Shown piece by piece: positions 1 through 10,164 of a stretch of 58,194 nt of DNA. Source of the stretch: Lachnospiraceae bacterium (lineage in GTDB: Bacteria; Bacillota; Clostridia; Lachnospirales; Lachnospiraceae); the NCBI GenBank assembly GCA_017625335.1, contig JAGALE010000231.1:1-58194 (forward strand), in the 5' to 3' direction. The translations under genes and the position numbers were made by a program. Every line of letters starts with the position of its first letter. The stretch's first letter is position 1. The notes beneath the pieces were generated by a model. It searched no databases. It saw nothing but the letters and a program-made list of their open reading frames with translations, and had not been told where the DNA came from.

Positions 1-251
1 CCGTGCTTCACACCATACGTATGCCCCACGACTGGGCGCAGCGCTGGCCCGAGTTCTACACATATCCAATTAAAGTTTCTTCAAATTATTACCACAACAA
101 TTCTATGTTTTTTGTCAATACATTAAAATTTATTTTCTTACGATTCGTACATAATATTTCATCTCTATTAATTTTTTCTCATTATCCTAGTTTCTTGGTT
201 TATATTAATATACTAATAATCCTATCAACACACTCTGTATATCAATGTATC

Positions 252-267
252 TGTTTCACGTGAAACC
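252..267. promoter_or_regulatory. parS: parS site (1 mismatch)
   Basis: TGTTTCACGTGAAACC versus Firmicute parS consensus TGTTNCACGTGAAACA; upstream of parA/parB. Confidence 0.85.
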
Positions 268-600
268 ATAGTAGTAGCTACCCCAGTAATATACTGCGTT
301 GTTCTTAATATCTGATTCTTAATATCGGTTCTTATATCTGGTTCTCAGCCTGTAAACTATATTTTATCCATAGTATATTCTATCCAAGTATTATTACTAT
401 TAATCGATGATAATCATTTATCCCAACGTCATTATATTATTCACCAAAACCTTCTTTCTTACTAATCATAATTATACTCTCATCATTTTTATCAATAGTT
501 TTACTGTCTTATTATATTGGTTTACATAACTCTATACGTGTGTTATAATGTATTTTGCTTGTAACCAAAAACTAAAATGATAATTATTGATTATTGATAA

Positions 601-616
601 TGTTTCACGTGAAACA
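601..616. promoter_or_regulatory. parS: parS site (perfect palindrome)
   Basis: TGTTTCACGTGAAACA, just upstream of parA. Confidence 0.95.
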
Positions 617-741
617 CTACTTTTTATGGTTCTGTACCAAAATCAATATATTGTACTAAGCCTATTATTTCTTCCCATATTTAGATATAGCGAAGAAAGT
701 CAAATAATGATATAATGTTTAGTAATTATGGAGGTTTGAAC

Positions 742-1521
742 ATGGGAAGAATAATTGCAATAGCCAACCAAAAGGGTGGTGTTGGTAAAACTACAACTTC
801 AATTAATCTCGCTGCTTGTCTGGCAGAGAAAGGCAAAAAGGTTTTGGCCATTGATATGGATCCTCAGGGAAATCTTACCAGTGGTTTAGGTATTGATAAA
901 AATAGTTTGGATCTAACTATATACCAGGCAATATGTGGGGAATGTAATATTGGGGAATGTATGATTGTTCGTCCCTTGGACAAAAAGCTTAACTTAAGCG
1001 TGCTTCCTTCTAATAGAAATCTTGCAGGAGCTGAGGTAGAGCTTATTAACGAAGAGAAGCCACAGTTCATCTTAAAGAATCTAATTAAGGGTATTAGAAA
1101 GAATTTCGATTTCATTATTATAGATTGTCCACCTGCTTTAGGAATGCTTACTATTAATTCCATGACTGCAGCGGACACTGTGTTAGTTCCTATACAGTGT
1201 GAGTTTTTTGCATTAGACGGACTATCACAGCTTATATACACTATTGATTTGATTAAGAAGAGTCTTAACAAAAATCTTGAGATAGAAGGCGTAGTATTTA
1301 CTATGTATGATTCACGTACAAATCTATCTCTAGAGGTTGTAGATAATGTGAAGAATCATCTTGACCAATACATTTACAAAACTGTAATTCCACGTAATGT
1401 CAGATTAGCAGAAGCACCAAGCTTTGGTCTCCCTATTAATCTGTATGACAGTAGATCCTCAGGAGCACAGGGCTACAGGGATTTGGCTGATGAAGTAATT
1501 AAGAATAAATTATTTCAGTAG
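742..1521 (+). CDS. parA: ParA/Soj chromosome partitioning ATPase
   Basis: Deviant Walker A NQKGGVGKTT, DMDPQGN, DCPP, EAPSFG; start at 742 after GGAGG RBS (track start 715). Confidence 0.96.
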   Translation: MGRIIAIANQKGGVGKTTTSINLAACLAEKGKKVLAIDMDPQGNLTSGLGIDKNSLDLTIYQAICGECNIGECMIVRPLDKKLNLSVLPSNRNLAGAEVELINEEKPQFILKNLIKGIRKNFDFIIIDCPPALGMLTINSMTAADTVLVPIQCEFFALDGLSQLIYTIDLIKKSLNKNLEIEGVVFTMYDSRTNLSLEVVDNVKNHLDQYIYKTVIPRNVRLAEAPSFGLPINLYDSRSSGAQGYRDLADEVIKNKLFQ

Positions 1522-1684
1522 ATAGCCAACATTATGCATTTTCGATTTTTATCAAATAAAACGTTTTGTATATTCAATTAATCAATAGCTTTTATAATAA
1601 TATGCTTTTGAAATTACTTATACATTTTTCATATGATAATTTGTGTCCTTGTGATGTTAGATGGGACATATTAAGGAGGAAGTT

Positions 1685-2641
1685 ATGGCAGCTAAAAAAA
1701 GTAGATTAGGTGGCGGTTTGGGAAGCCTAGGACTTACTGCGAATACAAGTGATATAGAAGCAACCGAAAAAGCTAGTAGCACCAAGTCTTCTAGTAAGGC
1801 GACAACTAAGACTGTTGTTAAGGAAGTTGTTAAAGAGGTTGTTAAGCCGGTTGAACAAACTGTAAATATAAATGTTATTGAGCCTAACAAAAGTCAGCCA
1901 AGAAAGACATTTGACCTGGATGCATTAGAGGAGCTTTCAGCTTCTATTAAGCAGTACGGTATTATCCAACCCCTTGTAGTTGCAAAGCACAAGGATTACT
2001 ATGAGCTTATCGCCGGCGAAAGACGTTGGAGAGCAGCTAAGATGGCTGGTCTTAAAGAGGTTCCTGTAGTAATTAAGGACTACACTCCTCAGGAGATTGT
2101 AGAAATTGCTCTTATAGAAAATATACAGAGACAGGATCTTAATCCTATAGAAGAAGGTATGGCTTATCAGCGTCTTATAGAGGAGTTCGAGCTTACTCAG
2201 GATGAGGTTGCTGAAAAGGTTTCTAAGAGTAGACCTGCTGTTAGCAACTCACTTAGATTACTTAAGCTTACTAAGAAGGTTCAACAGATGCTTATAGATG
2301 ATATGCTTTCTATGGGGCATGTAAGAGCGCTTATTTCTATAGAGGATGGAGAGCTTCAGTATGAAACTGCACTTTACATTTTCGATAAGAGACTTAGTGT
2401 AAGAGAAACAGAAGCCTATGTTAAGAAGGTTCTTTCAACACCTAAGGATAAACCTAAGACAGAAAGCACCAAGGTAGATTACTCATTCTTGTATAAGGAA
2501 ATTGAAGAGCGCATCAAGAGCAATCTTGGTACTAAAGCTACCATTAAGGCTAAGAATAAGAATAAGGGTAAAATCGAAATCGAATACTATTCAGAGGATG
2601 ATTTGGAAAGAATTACCCAGATATTATTAAATGCAAATTAA
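1685..2641 (+). CDS. parB: ParB/Spo0J partition protein
   Basis: QPRKTF, GERRWRA box, ENIQRQDL, HTH; start at 1685 after AAGGAGG; short VVKE repeats near the N-terminus. Confidence 0.96.
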   Translation: MAAKKSRLGGGLGSLGLTANTSDIEATEKASSTKSSSKATTKTVVKEVVKEVVKPVEQTVNINVIEPNKSQPRKTFDLDALEELSASIKQYGIIQPLVVAKHKDYYELIAGERRWRAAKMAGLKEVPVVIKDYTPQEIVEIALIENIQRQDLNPIEEGMAYQRLIEEFELTQDEVAEKVSKSRPAVSNSLRLLKLTKKVQQMLIDDMLSMGHVRALISIEDGELQYETALYIFDKRLSVRETEAYVKKVLSTPKDKPKTESTKVDYSFLYKEIEERIKSNLGTKATIKAKNKNKGKIEIEYYSEDDLERITQILLNAN

Positions 2642-2659
2642 GGTTAGGAAGAACATTTT

Positions 2660-3235
2660 ATGGAAGCAGAAAAAACAATAGCAGAAATCACTGTACTAGG
2701 ACTTAAGATAGAAACCATAACTACTATACTTGCTATACTAGTAATTCTTCTTATAGCAATGATGATTTTTACTATTCACAAGATGAATATAATTACTAGA
2801 AAATACAAAACTCTTATGAGCGGTAAGAAGGGTGCTGATTTAGAAAAAGTCATCAGGTACCGTTTCAAGGAGATGGACAAGGTTAAGGCAAATGCCAAGA
2901 GAGTAACCAGAGAACACAAGGAGATAAAGGCACACCTTTCAAGTTGCATAAGCAAAACTGCACTTGTAAAATACGATGCCTTTGAACAGATGTCAGGAAA
3001 GCTTAGCTTTGTAATTGCTCTGCTAAATGATCAGCATACAGGTATTGTACTTAATGCCATGCATTCAAGAGAAGGCTGCTTTACCTATGCTAAAGAAATA
3101 ATAAAGGGTGAGTCCTACATACCACTTTCTGAGGAGGAAAAGGAAGCACTTGAAAAAGCAATGACTGTTGAAGAGGAAATCAACGGACTTAACACTGACA
3201 CTGAAGACGATATTAATTTTGATGTATATGAATAA
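2660..3235 (+). CDS. DUF4446-like membrane-anchored protein
   Basis: N-terminal TM helix, KYDAF..GKLSF..LL..G motif; usual position after parB in Clostridia. Confidence 0.75.
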   Translation: MEAEKTIAEITVLGLKIETITTILAILVILLIAMMIFTIHKMNIITRKYKTLMSGKKGADLEKVIRYRFKEMDKVKANAKRVTREHKEIKAHLSSCISKTALVKYDAFEQMSGKLSFVIALLNDQHTGIVLNAMHSREGCFTYAKEIIKGESYIPLSEEEKEALEKAMTVEEEINGLNTDTEDDINFDVYE

Positions 3236-3246
3236 AGGAGAATATT

Positions 3247-4527
3247 ATGTTAGACATTAAATTTGTACGAGAGAATCCAGACATAGTTAAGGAGAATATC
3301 AAGAAGAAATTTCAGGATGCTAAGCTTCCTCTAGTAGATGAAGTAATTGAGCTTGATAAGCAGGCTAGAGCATTGCAGCAGGAGGCTGATGAGCTTCGTG
3401 CTAAGAAGAACCAGATTGCTAAGCAGATTGGTGCACTTATGGCTCAGGGCAAGAAGGATGAGGCAGAGGTTGTTAAGCAGGAGGTTGCTAAGAATGCTGC
3501 TAGACTTGCCGAGTTAGAGAAGCAGGAGCCAGTTGTTAAGGAAGAATTAAAGCAGAAGATGATGGTTATTCCTAATATCATCGATGATTCTGTACCTATA
3601 GGAAAAAGCGACGAGGAAAACGTAGAGCTTGAGAAGTTTGGTGAGCCTGTTGTCCCTGAATTTGAGGTTCCATATCACACTGAAATTATGTCTAAGTTCA
3701 ATGGTATAGATCTTGAAAGTGCAGGTAAAGTTGCAGGAAATGGTTTCTACTACCTTATGGGTGATATAGCAAGACTTCACTCTGCAATCATTTCTTACGC
3801 TAGAGACTTTATGATTGATAGAGGCTTTACTTACTGTATTCCTCCTTTCATGATTAGATCAAATGTTGTTACAGGCGTTATGAGCTTTGCTGAGATGGAT
3901 GCTATGATGTACAAGATTGAAGGTGAGGACCTTTACCTTATCGGTACAAGTGAGCATTCTATGATTGGTAAGTTTATCGATACATTGAATCCAGAGGAAT
4001 CTCTTCCTCAGACACTTACAAGCTACTCTCCTTGCTTTAGAAAGGAAAAGGGAGCTCACGGTATTGAGGAAAGAGGCGTTTACAGAATTCATCAGTTTGA
4101 GAAGCAGGAGATGATCGTTGTATGTAAGCCAGAGGAGAGTATGGATTGGTTCCACAAGCTTTGGAAGAATACAGTTGATTTATTCCGTTCTATGGATATT
4201 CCTGTTAGAACTATCGAGTGCTGTTCAGGAGACCTTGCAGACCTTAAGGTTAAGTCATATGATGTTGAGGCTTGGTCACCTCGTCAGAAGAAATACTTCG
4301 AGGTTGGTAGCTGTTCAAACCTTGGTGATGCTCAGGCACGTCGTCTTGGCATTAAGGTTAAGGCTGCTGACGGAACAAAGTATTTTGCACATACTTTAAA
4401 TAACACAGTTGTTGCTCCACCACGTATGCTTATTGCTTTCCTTGAGAATAATTTAAATGAGGATGGAAGTGTTAACATACCTGAGGTATTAAGACCTTAC
4501 ATGGGTGGCAAGGACGTTATTAAGTAG
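3247..4527 (+). CDS. serS: Serine--tRNA ligase
   Basis: MLDIK start, coiled-coil arm, GTSE, FRKE, HQFEKQE, EVGSCSN, HTLNNT. Confidence 0.97.
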   Translation: MLDIKFVRENPDIVKENIKKKFQDAKLPLVDEVIELDKQARALQQEADELRAKKNQIAKQIGALMAQGKKDEAEVVKQEVAKNAARLAELEKQEPVVKEELKQKMMVIPNIIDDSVPIGKSDEENVELEKFGEPVVPEFEVPYHTEIMSKFNGIDLESAGKVAGNGFYYLMGDIARLHSAIISYARDFMIDRGFTYCIPPFMIRSNVVTGVMSFAEMDAMMYKIEGEDLYLIGTSEHSMIGKFIDTLNPEESLPQTLTSYSPCFRKEKGAHGIEERGVYRIHQFEKQEMIVVCKPEESMDWFHKLWKNTVDLFRSMDIPVRTIECCSGDLADLKVKSYDVEAWSPRQKKYFEVGSCSNLGDAQARRLGIKVKAADGTKYFAHTLNNTVVAPPRMLIAFLENNLNEDGSVNIPEVLRPYMGGKDVIK

Positions 4528-4585
4528 TTTATATTACACTATTTTTACACATTATTTTCTATCTCGAAGCGAGGAGATTGTATAA

Positions 4586-5461
4586 ATGCATTCATATCTT
4601 AGAGCCATAGGCTTTAGTCAAATTAAAACTAGAAAGCTTCTAGAAGAAGTATATGTGTCATCACTACGAAATCCAAATCGTAAGATGATTACCACCACCG
4701 GAATTGACACCTCTCTTATTCAGTTTGAGAAGGACTTCGGTGATAAGATAGGTCTTACATTACTTGGTGAATATGACATTAACGGTTCTCTATCCATAGA
4801 GCATTATTTTCCATATATTAAGGGAGATGTCTTCATGGAGTTTGAGAACATTGCCGTGGAAAAGCAAACAGATAAGGAATCCTACGCCGGTGTATGTGAA
4901 GATATAAGACTTGGTATGACTCTTATATTTTATGTACTTAATATATCTGATTATGCAAAGTCAAAATGGCTTAATTACTCTAACAGAAATCTCACTAGAG
5001 TTAAGCTTTCCGGCCTTGCTAACAGTGGTACAATATTACTTGGTGTTATGCAGGATGATGCTTCCATTGCCTATGAAGAAAAGCTGAAGCGAAGAAGAAA
5101 TAATCTATTAGCCGAGGCAAAAAATGGTAACACAGAGGCCATAGAAAGTCTCACCCTAGAGGAAATGGATACCTACGCCACCTTATCTGGAAGAATTCAT
5201 TATGAGGATATCCTTTCTATCGTTGACACAAGCTTTATGCCTTGTGGTGTAGAATGTGACCATTATATGATTACTGCTCACATACTTAAGGTTACGGAAA
5301 TTACCAATACCTATTCTAAAGAGCTAATCTATAACCTGTCCTTAAAATGTAACGACATATATCTTAATGTAGCTATTAACTCCAAAGACCTTCAAGGAGA
5401 ACCTAAGGCGGGACGAAGATTTAGAGGAGAAATATGGCTTCAGGGACATATACAAATATAG
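4586..5461 (+). CDS. DUF3881-like conserved protein
   Basis: MHSYLRAIGF start and GEPKAGRRFRG end, recognised as a clostridial family next to serS. Confidence 0.7.
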   Translation: MHSYLRAIGFSQIKTRKLLEEVYVSSLRNPNRKMITTTGIDTSLIQFEKDFGDKIGLTLLGEYDINGSLSIEHYFPYIKGDVFMEFENIAVEKQTDKESYAGVCEDIRLGMTLIFYVLNISDYAKSKWLNYSNRNLTRVKLSGLANSGTILLGVMQDDASIAYEEKLKRRRNNLLAEAKNGNTEAIESLTLEEMDTYATLSGRIHYEDILSIVDTSFMPCGVECDHYMITAHILKVTEITNTYSKELIYNLSLKCNDIYLNVAINSKDLQGEPKAGRRFRGEIWLQGHIQI

Positions 5462-5531
5462 CAGATTTTTATATTTACTTTTTAGAAATTATATCATAAA
5501 ATGAATGGGTGTCCTAAGAGACACCCAATAT

Positions 5532-5605
5532 GTTTCCGTAGCTCAGCTGGATAGAGCAACCGCCTCCTAAGCGGTAGGTCGGGCGTTCGAATCGCCTCGG
5601 GAACA
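5532..5605 (+). tRNA. tRNA-Arg (CCT)
   Basis: Cloverleaf: acceptor GTTTCCG/CGGGAAC, anticodon loop CTCCTAA, T-loop GTTCGAAT; CCA not encoded. Confidence 0.95.
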
Positions 5606-5627
5606 CTCACGAAGCAATGAGAAGTGC

Positions 5628-5692
5628 GTTACAAAATATGACAACGGAAGTACGATGCTTGCATCAGTACAGCTGTTGTCATATTTTGTAAC
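5628..5692. repeat. Inverted repeat with 18-bp perfect arms
   Basis: GTTACAAAATATGACAAC ... GTTGTCATATTTTGTAAC enclosing GATGCTTGCATC. Confidence 0.9.
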
Positions 5693-5698
5693 ATAGGG

Positions 5699-5832
5699 CG
5701 AATGCCCGTGGGCTTGTCGAACCGACAGGTTCGGCAAGACTGGCACTTCGTATTATATCATACTGTAGCATAATTCGAATGCCCGTGGGCTTGTCGAACC
5801 GACAGGTTCGGCATAATAAGCACTTCGTATTA
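5699..5832. repeat. Tandem pair of structured elements, 77-bp period
   Basis: 38-bp identical block at 5699-5736 and 5776-5813, each followed 6 nt later by GCACTTCGTATTA. Confidence 0.9.
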
Positions 5833-5866
5833 CATCTTATTTGATTTTCCCTTGAAAGGAGCAATT

Positions 5867-7525
5867 ATGACATCATTAAATAACGAAAAAATATATATCA
5901 TCGGACACAAAAACCCAGACACCGATTCTATCTGTTCTGCCATAAGCTACGCTTATCTTAAGAATAAGCTTACAGGTAAAAGCTATGTCCCTATGAGAGC
6001 AGGTGACATTAACGCAGAAACTGAATATGTACTAAAATATTTTGATTTTCCAACACCTGAGTTAGTGGAAAATGTTTTCACTCAGGTTAAAGATGTAGAA
6101 TACAGACATCTTGATGGTGTGTCAGGAGAGATATCAATTAAGAAGGCTTGGGAGATTTTAAGTGGCACTCATTGTACCACTCTTCCTTCTGTGGACGAGC
6201 ACCAAAATCTCGTTGGTCTTATAACAGTTAAGGACATTGCCATGACCTACATGGAGGTTTATGACAATGAGATTATTGCAACAGCAAAGACTCCTTACCA
6301 AAACATTTTGGATACTCTTAATGCAAAGCTTGTGGTAGGTGATCCTAAAGATCAGGTTGTTACCGGTAAGGTTTTAATTGCCGCAGCTAATCCTGATATG
6401 ATGGAAAACTATATTGAGAAGAATGATATTGTAATCCTCGGTAATCGCTACGAGTCTCAGCTTTGTGCCATAGAGATGGAAGCTCAGTGTATCATAATCT
6501 GTGATAATGCAGATGTGTCTAAGACTATAACAAAGCTGGCTCAGGAGAAGGGCTGTTCTATAATTATTACACCTTACGACCCTTATACCGTATCCAGACT
6601 TATAAACCAAAGTATTCCTATTAGGCACTTTATGAAGAAAAATAATCTCATAACGTTTTCTAATGAGGACTACATCAATGATATAAGAAATGTAATGGCT
6701 AGCAAGCGTCATCAGTACTACCCTGTACTTGATGAAAACGAAAAATATATGGGACTTATCTCACAGCGTAATTACTTGAACGCAAATCCAAAGAAGATAA
6801 TTCTTGTTGACCACAACGAACGCTCACAGACAGTAGATGGTATCGAAGAGGTTAATCTTCTAGAGATTATCGACCACCACAGAATCGGCGGTCTTCAGAC
6901 CATGAATCCTGTGTATTTTAGGAATCAACCACTTGGCTGTACAGCCACAATTATCTATGAAATGTTCATGGAAACCGGTATAGAAATTCCTAAAAACATA
7001 GCAGGCTTACTTTGTTCAGCAATTATCTCTGACACTCTTATGTTCAGGTCACCAACCTGTACCCCTAAGGATAAAGAGGTTTGTGAAACGCTTGCATCCC
7101 TAGCTGGAATAAAAATTGATAAGTACGGCGTTGCAATGTTTAACGCAGGAAGTAAGCTTAAGAATAAATCCGTAGATGAAATCTTCCATCAGGATTACAA
7201 GGTATTCTCCACTGATGGATTAAAATTCGGAATAGGACAGATTAATTCATTTAACAGCGATATACTTCAGGAGCTTAAACCAAAGCTTCTAGCACATATG
7301 GAGCAGGAGATAAAGTCCAAGGGTGTGGATATGCTATTCTTTATGCTTACCAATATATTCACAGAGGATACTGAGCTTTTGTATGTAGGAAATCAGGCAG
7401 CATCTCTTCTTTGCAAGGCATTTAACCTAGATGAAGTAACCAACGGATGTGTTATACTAGAGGACGTAGTATCACGTAAGAAGCAGGTTATCCCTAGCCT
7501 TATGAATGCATTTCACCAAGCATAG
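5867..7525 (+). CDS. ppaC: Mn-dependent family II inorganic pyrophosphatase with CBS and DRTGG domains
   Basis: GHKNPDTDS, VDHNE, DHH, SDT.MFRSPT, SRKKQ; central CBS/DRTGG insert; ATG 5867 after AAGGAG. Confidence 0.93.
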   Translation: MTSLNNEKIYIIGHKNPDTDSICSAISYAYLKNKLTGKSYVPMRAGDINAETEYVLKYFDFPTPELVENVFTQVKDVEYRHLDGVSGEISIKKAWEILSGTHCTTLPSVDEHQNLVGLITVKDIAMTYMEVYDNEIIATAKTPYQNILDTLNAKLVVGDPKDQVVTGKVLIAAANPDMMENYIEKNDIVILGNRYESQLCAIEMEAQCIIICDNADVSKTITKLAQEKGCSIIITPYDPYTVSRLINQSIPIRHFMKKNNLITFSNEDYINDIRNVMASKRHQYYPVLDENEKYMGLISQRNYLNANPKKIILVDHNERSQTVDGIEEVNLLEIIDHHRIGGLQTMNPVYFRNQPLGCTATIIYEMFMETGIEIPKNIAGLLCSAIISDTLMFRSPTCTPKDKEVCETLASLAGIKIDKYGVAMFNAGSKLKNKSVDEIFHQDYKVFSTDGLKFGIGQINSFNSDILQELKPKLLAHMEQEIKSKGVDMLFFMLTNIFTEDTELLYVGNQAASLLCKAFNLDEVTNGCVILEDVVSRKKQVIPSLMNAFHQA

Positions 7526-7684
7526 ATTATTAATCCTAGCAGGCGAAATTCTTTAAGCTGGCTAGGGATATACATACATCTATATAGCTGAAAAATATAG
7601 CTATAATTATTTAACTACATTGAAAAAATACAGTGCCTATGGTAAAATAAAGGTTAGGCATATAAACTACAAAGGAGGAAATTT

Positions 7685-8275
7685 ATGAAACATAAATCTC
7701 AGACAACACTTACTATTAGTGCGGTTGCATTTGTGGCAGCATTGTTAATTGATTTATATCTTATAATTGCATATCCTGCAAATATTGAGCTTATTATAGC
7801 AGTTTCGCTGATTGTAGTTGTGGACACATATTTTTTAGTAGACGGAATCCTTGCAAAGGTTGATGATATTGCAACCCTTGCTATAGATAAACAAAATGAG
7901 CTTACAAAGGTTGAAAAGGGTATCTACTCAGTTGCCAAAAGGGAAGAGGTTGCTCGTGCTCAAAGCATGTCAGCTCTCCTTGATATGGTAGATGATATGA
8001 AATCTGAAAACGCAAAGCTCTACCAGGAGCTTATGGATCAGGACAAGCTTATGTCTAAGCTTATGATCAAAAAGGATGGAGATAATGCTACTAAGATTGT
8101 CAACAGTAATGAGCGCTTGGCAGTTTTGATTGCACAGAGTGCAACTGCTAATGCTAAATCTCAGAGTGAGGCTATTGAAATTTTAAATGACATCTGCAAG
8201 GAATTAGAGCAGAGAAACGGCAATTTAAACAGCGATTACTCACACCTTAGAGTGATGAAATCCAAAGCAGAATAA
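7685..8275 (+). CDS. Hypothetical membrane protein (2 N-terminal TM helices, coiled coil)
   Basis: Strong RBS; TTGAAA-17-TAAAAT promoter at 7620-7648; hydrophobic N-terminus. Confidence 0.7.
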   Translation: MKHKSQTTLTISAVAFVAALLIDLYLIIAYPANIELIIAVSLIVVVDTYFLVDGILAKVDDIATLAIDKQNELTKVEKGIYSVAKREEVARAQSMSALLDMVDDMKSENAKLYQELMDQDKLMSKLMIKKDGDNATKIVNSNERLAVLIAQSATANAKSQSEAIEILNDICKELEQRNGNLNSDYSHLRVMKSKAE

Positions 8276-8295
8276 ATTAATATAAGGTACAATAT

Positions 8296-9285
8296 ATGAA
8301 CTACATAGTTTTCGATCTTGAATGGAATCAAAGCTATGGTGGATTTGTTGAGAATCCACGTATGCCATTTGAAATCATCGAGATCGGTGCAGTAAAGCTT
8401 GATTCAAAATTTAATATTATAGACAGCTTTTCTAATCTCATAAAACCTAGGCTTTACAAAAAGCTACAGCCACATATTAGAAGTATTCTAAACTATGATG
8501 AAAAGGATTTAAAAAATGGTAAACCCTTTGATATGGTTTGTAGAGATTTTCTAAAATGGTGCGGCACAGATGATTATATCTTCTGTACCTGGGGACCTAT
8601 GGATTTAAGCTATCTGCAGAATAATATGGATTATTATTATATGAAGCCTTTAGAGACACCTCTAAAGTTTTACAATATTCAGCAGATATATACTGATCTT
8701 AAGGAAAAGGATGGCACCATTGTTAAGCTGGAAAAGGCAGTAAACAATCTATCCATAGACATAGACAGACCTTTCCACTCAGCCGTCAATGACGCTTACT
8801 ATACAGCACAGGTTTTAGCTAAAATCCATCCTAAGGATTTGGCTGACCGTTACAACTACGATGTATATAACAATCCTAAGGCCAAGGAAGATGAAATTAT
8901 ATCCTACCACAAACACTATATGGAACATATATCCAGAGAGTTTGATGACAAAAAGGATATAATGATGGACAAGGAGCTTGTTACCATGCGTTGCTACAAA
9001 TGTGGTAAGAAGGCTGCCAAAAGGATTAAGTGGTTTACCCATACACCTAATACATACATTAGCGTGTGCAAATGTTGGTACCACGGACTTATGATTAGTA
9101 AGATTAAGATAAAGCAGAATAAGAACTTTAAGTATTTTGCTATTAAAACTGTTCTTCCTACAGATAAGCTTGGTTTAGAAAATATCAAACAAAGACAAGA
9201 GGAGCTTAGACTAAGGAGACAGCAGAAGCGTCACAAGGGTGACGACACAGATTTAAATGACAATATAATTGACACCAAACAATAA
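8296..9285 (+). CDS. DEDDh 3'-5' exonuclease family protein
   Basis: IVFDLEWNQ, EIIEIGAV, TWG..D, HSAVNDA; C-terminal Cys/His cluster. Confidence 0.88.
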   Translation: MNYIVFDLEWNQSYGGFVENPRMPFEIIEIGAVKLDSKFNIIDSFSNLIKPRLYKKLQPHIRSILNYDEKDLKNGKPFDMVCRDFLKWCGTDDYIFCTWGPMDLSYLQNNMDYYYMKPLETPLKFYNIQQIYTDLKEKDGTIVKLEKAVNNLSIDIDRPFHSAVNDAYYTAQVLAKIHPKDLADRYNYDVYNNPKAKEDEIISYHKHYMEHISREFDDKKDIMMDKELVTMRCYKCGKKAAKRIKWFTHTPNTYISVCKCWYHGLMISKIKIKQNKNFKYFAIKTVLPTDKLGLENIKQRQEELRLRRQQKRHKGDDTDLNDNIIDTKQ

Positions 9286-9362
9286 TCATTTTATTTTTTT
9301 ATATTTTAGATTTCTACATTTCGTATAGAGCACCATTAGCTCAAAGTAAAACAGCCCCTTTT

Positions 9363-10112
9363 TTAAAGGGGCTGTTTGCTTGCTGTCCCGGCTTTTCTAG
9401 GATATGCCTTAGGAGTAGCTTTTATCTTCTTTATAAATACAAAGCTTCTTCCTATATCTGAATCAGGAAGAGTTAGCTTTTCTACCTTTTCTAATTTACC
9501 ACCAAGAATTGATATAGCCTTTTTACCTGCATCCAATTCTTCATCCACAGTTAAAGTCTTATATGGAATAAGGTATCCTCCTTCCTTTACAAAAGGAAGT
9601 GTGTACTCTGCAAGAACTGACATATTAGCCACAGCTCTTGAAACTACTAAGTCATAGCTTTCTCTCATGTTCTTATTACGACCACCTTCTTCAGCCCTGC
9701 CATGAATAGCTTCGCAGTTACCTACAGCAGGTGACTTTGCTGAAGCAGTTACACCATCTAACCCAAGCTCATCAATAACACTCTGAAGGAACTTAATTCT
9801 CTTATTAAGGGAATCAAATAAGGTAACATTTAAGCTTGGAAATGCAATCTTAAGGGGAATTCCCGGAAAGCCTGCACCTGTACCAACATCTATAACCTTA
9901 AGAGATTTATCCTTAATATCATAATAGCCGGCCAAAGCAACACTATCCATAAAATGCTTAAGAATAACCTCGTCTCTATCAGTTATGGCTGTAAGATTCA
10001 TAACCTTATTAGTCTCTATTAACATGTCATAAAAGGTTTCAAATTGTTGAAGCTGAGTCTCTGATAGAGGAGAGCCTGTCAGTTGTTCAACATATTTATT
10101 TAATCTTTCCAT
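9363..10112 (-). CDS. rsmG: 16S rRNA m7G527 methyltransferase
   Basis: NLTAI, KHFMDS, DVGTGAGFPG, SRAVA, YPRKAG. Confidence 0.96.
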   Translation of the reverse strand: MERLNKYVEQLTGSPLSETQLQQFETFYDMLIETNKVMNLTAITDRDEVILKHFMDSVALAGYYDIKDKSLKVIDVGTGAGFPGIPLKIAFPSLNVTLFDSLNKRIKFLQSVIDELGLDGVTASAKSPAVGNCEAIHGRAEEGGRNKNMRESYDLVVSRAVANMSVLAEYTLPFVKEGGYLIPYKTLTVDEELDAGKKAISILGGKLEKVEKLTLPDSDIGRSFVFIKKIKATPKAYPRKAGTASKQPL

Positions 10113-10164
10113 ATATTTACTCCAAATTTAGTGCTACTTTTTTAACTTTCTAATCTTTTTTTTA

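Noticed and set aside
3-263. 86-aa ORF on + at the window start
   Set aside because: No RBS, atypical composition, overlaps a parS site and a probable minus-strand promoter; likely spurious.
301-346. Short TTCTT(A)ATATC(T)G tandem repeat upstream of parA
   Set aside because: Three degenerate ~14-bp units in AT-rich DNA; consistent with slippage and no further support.
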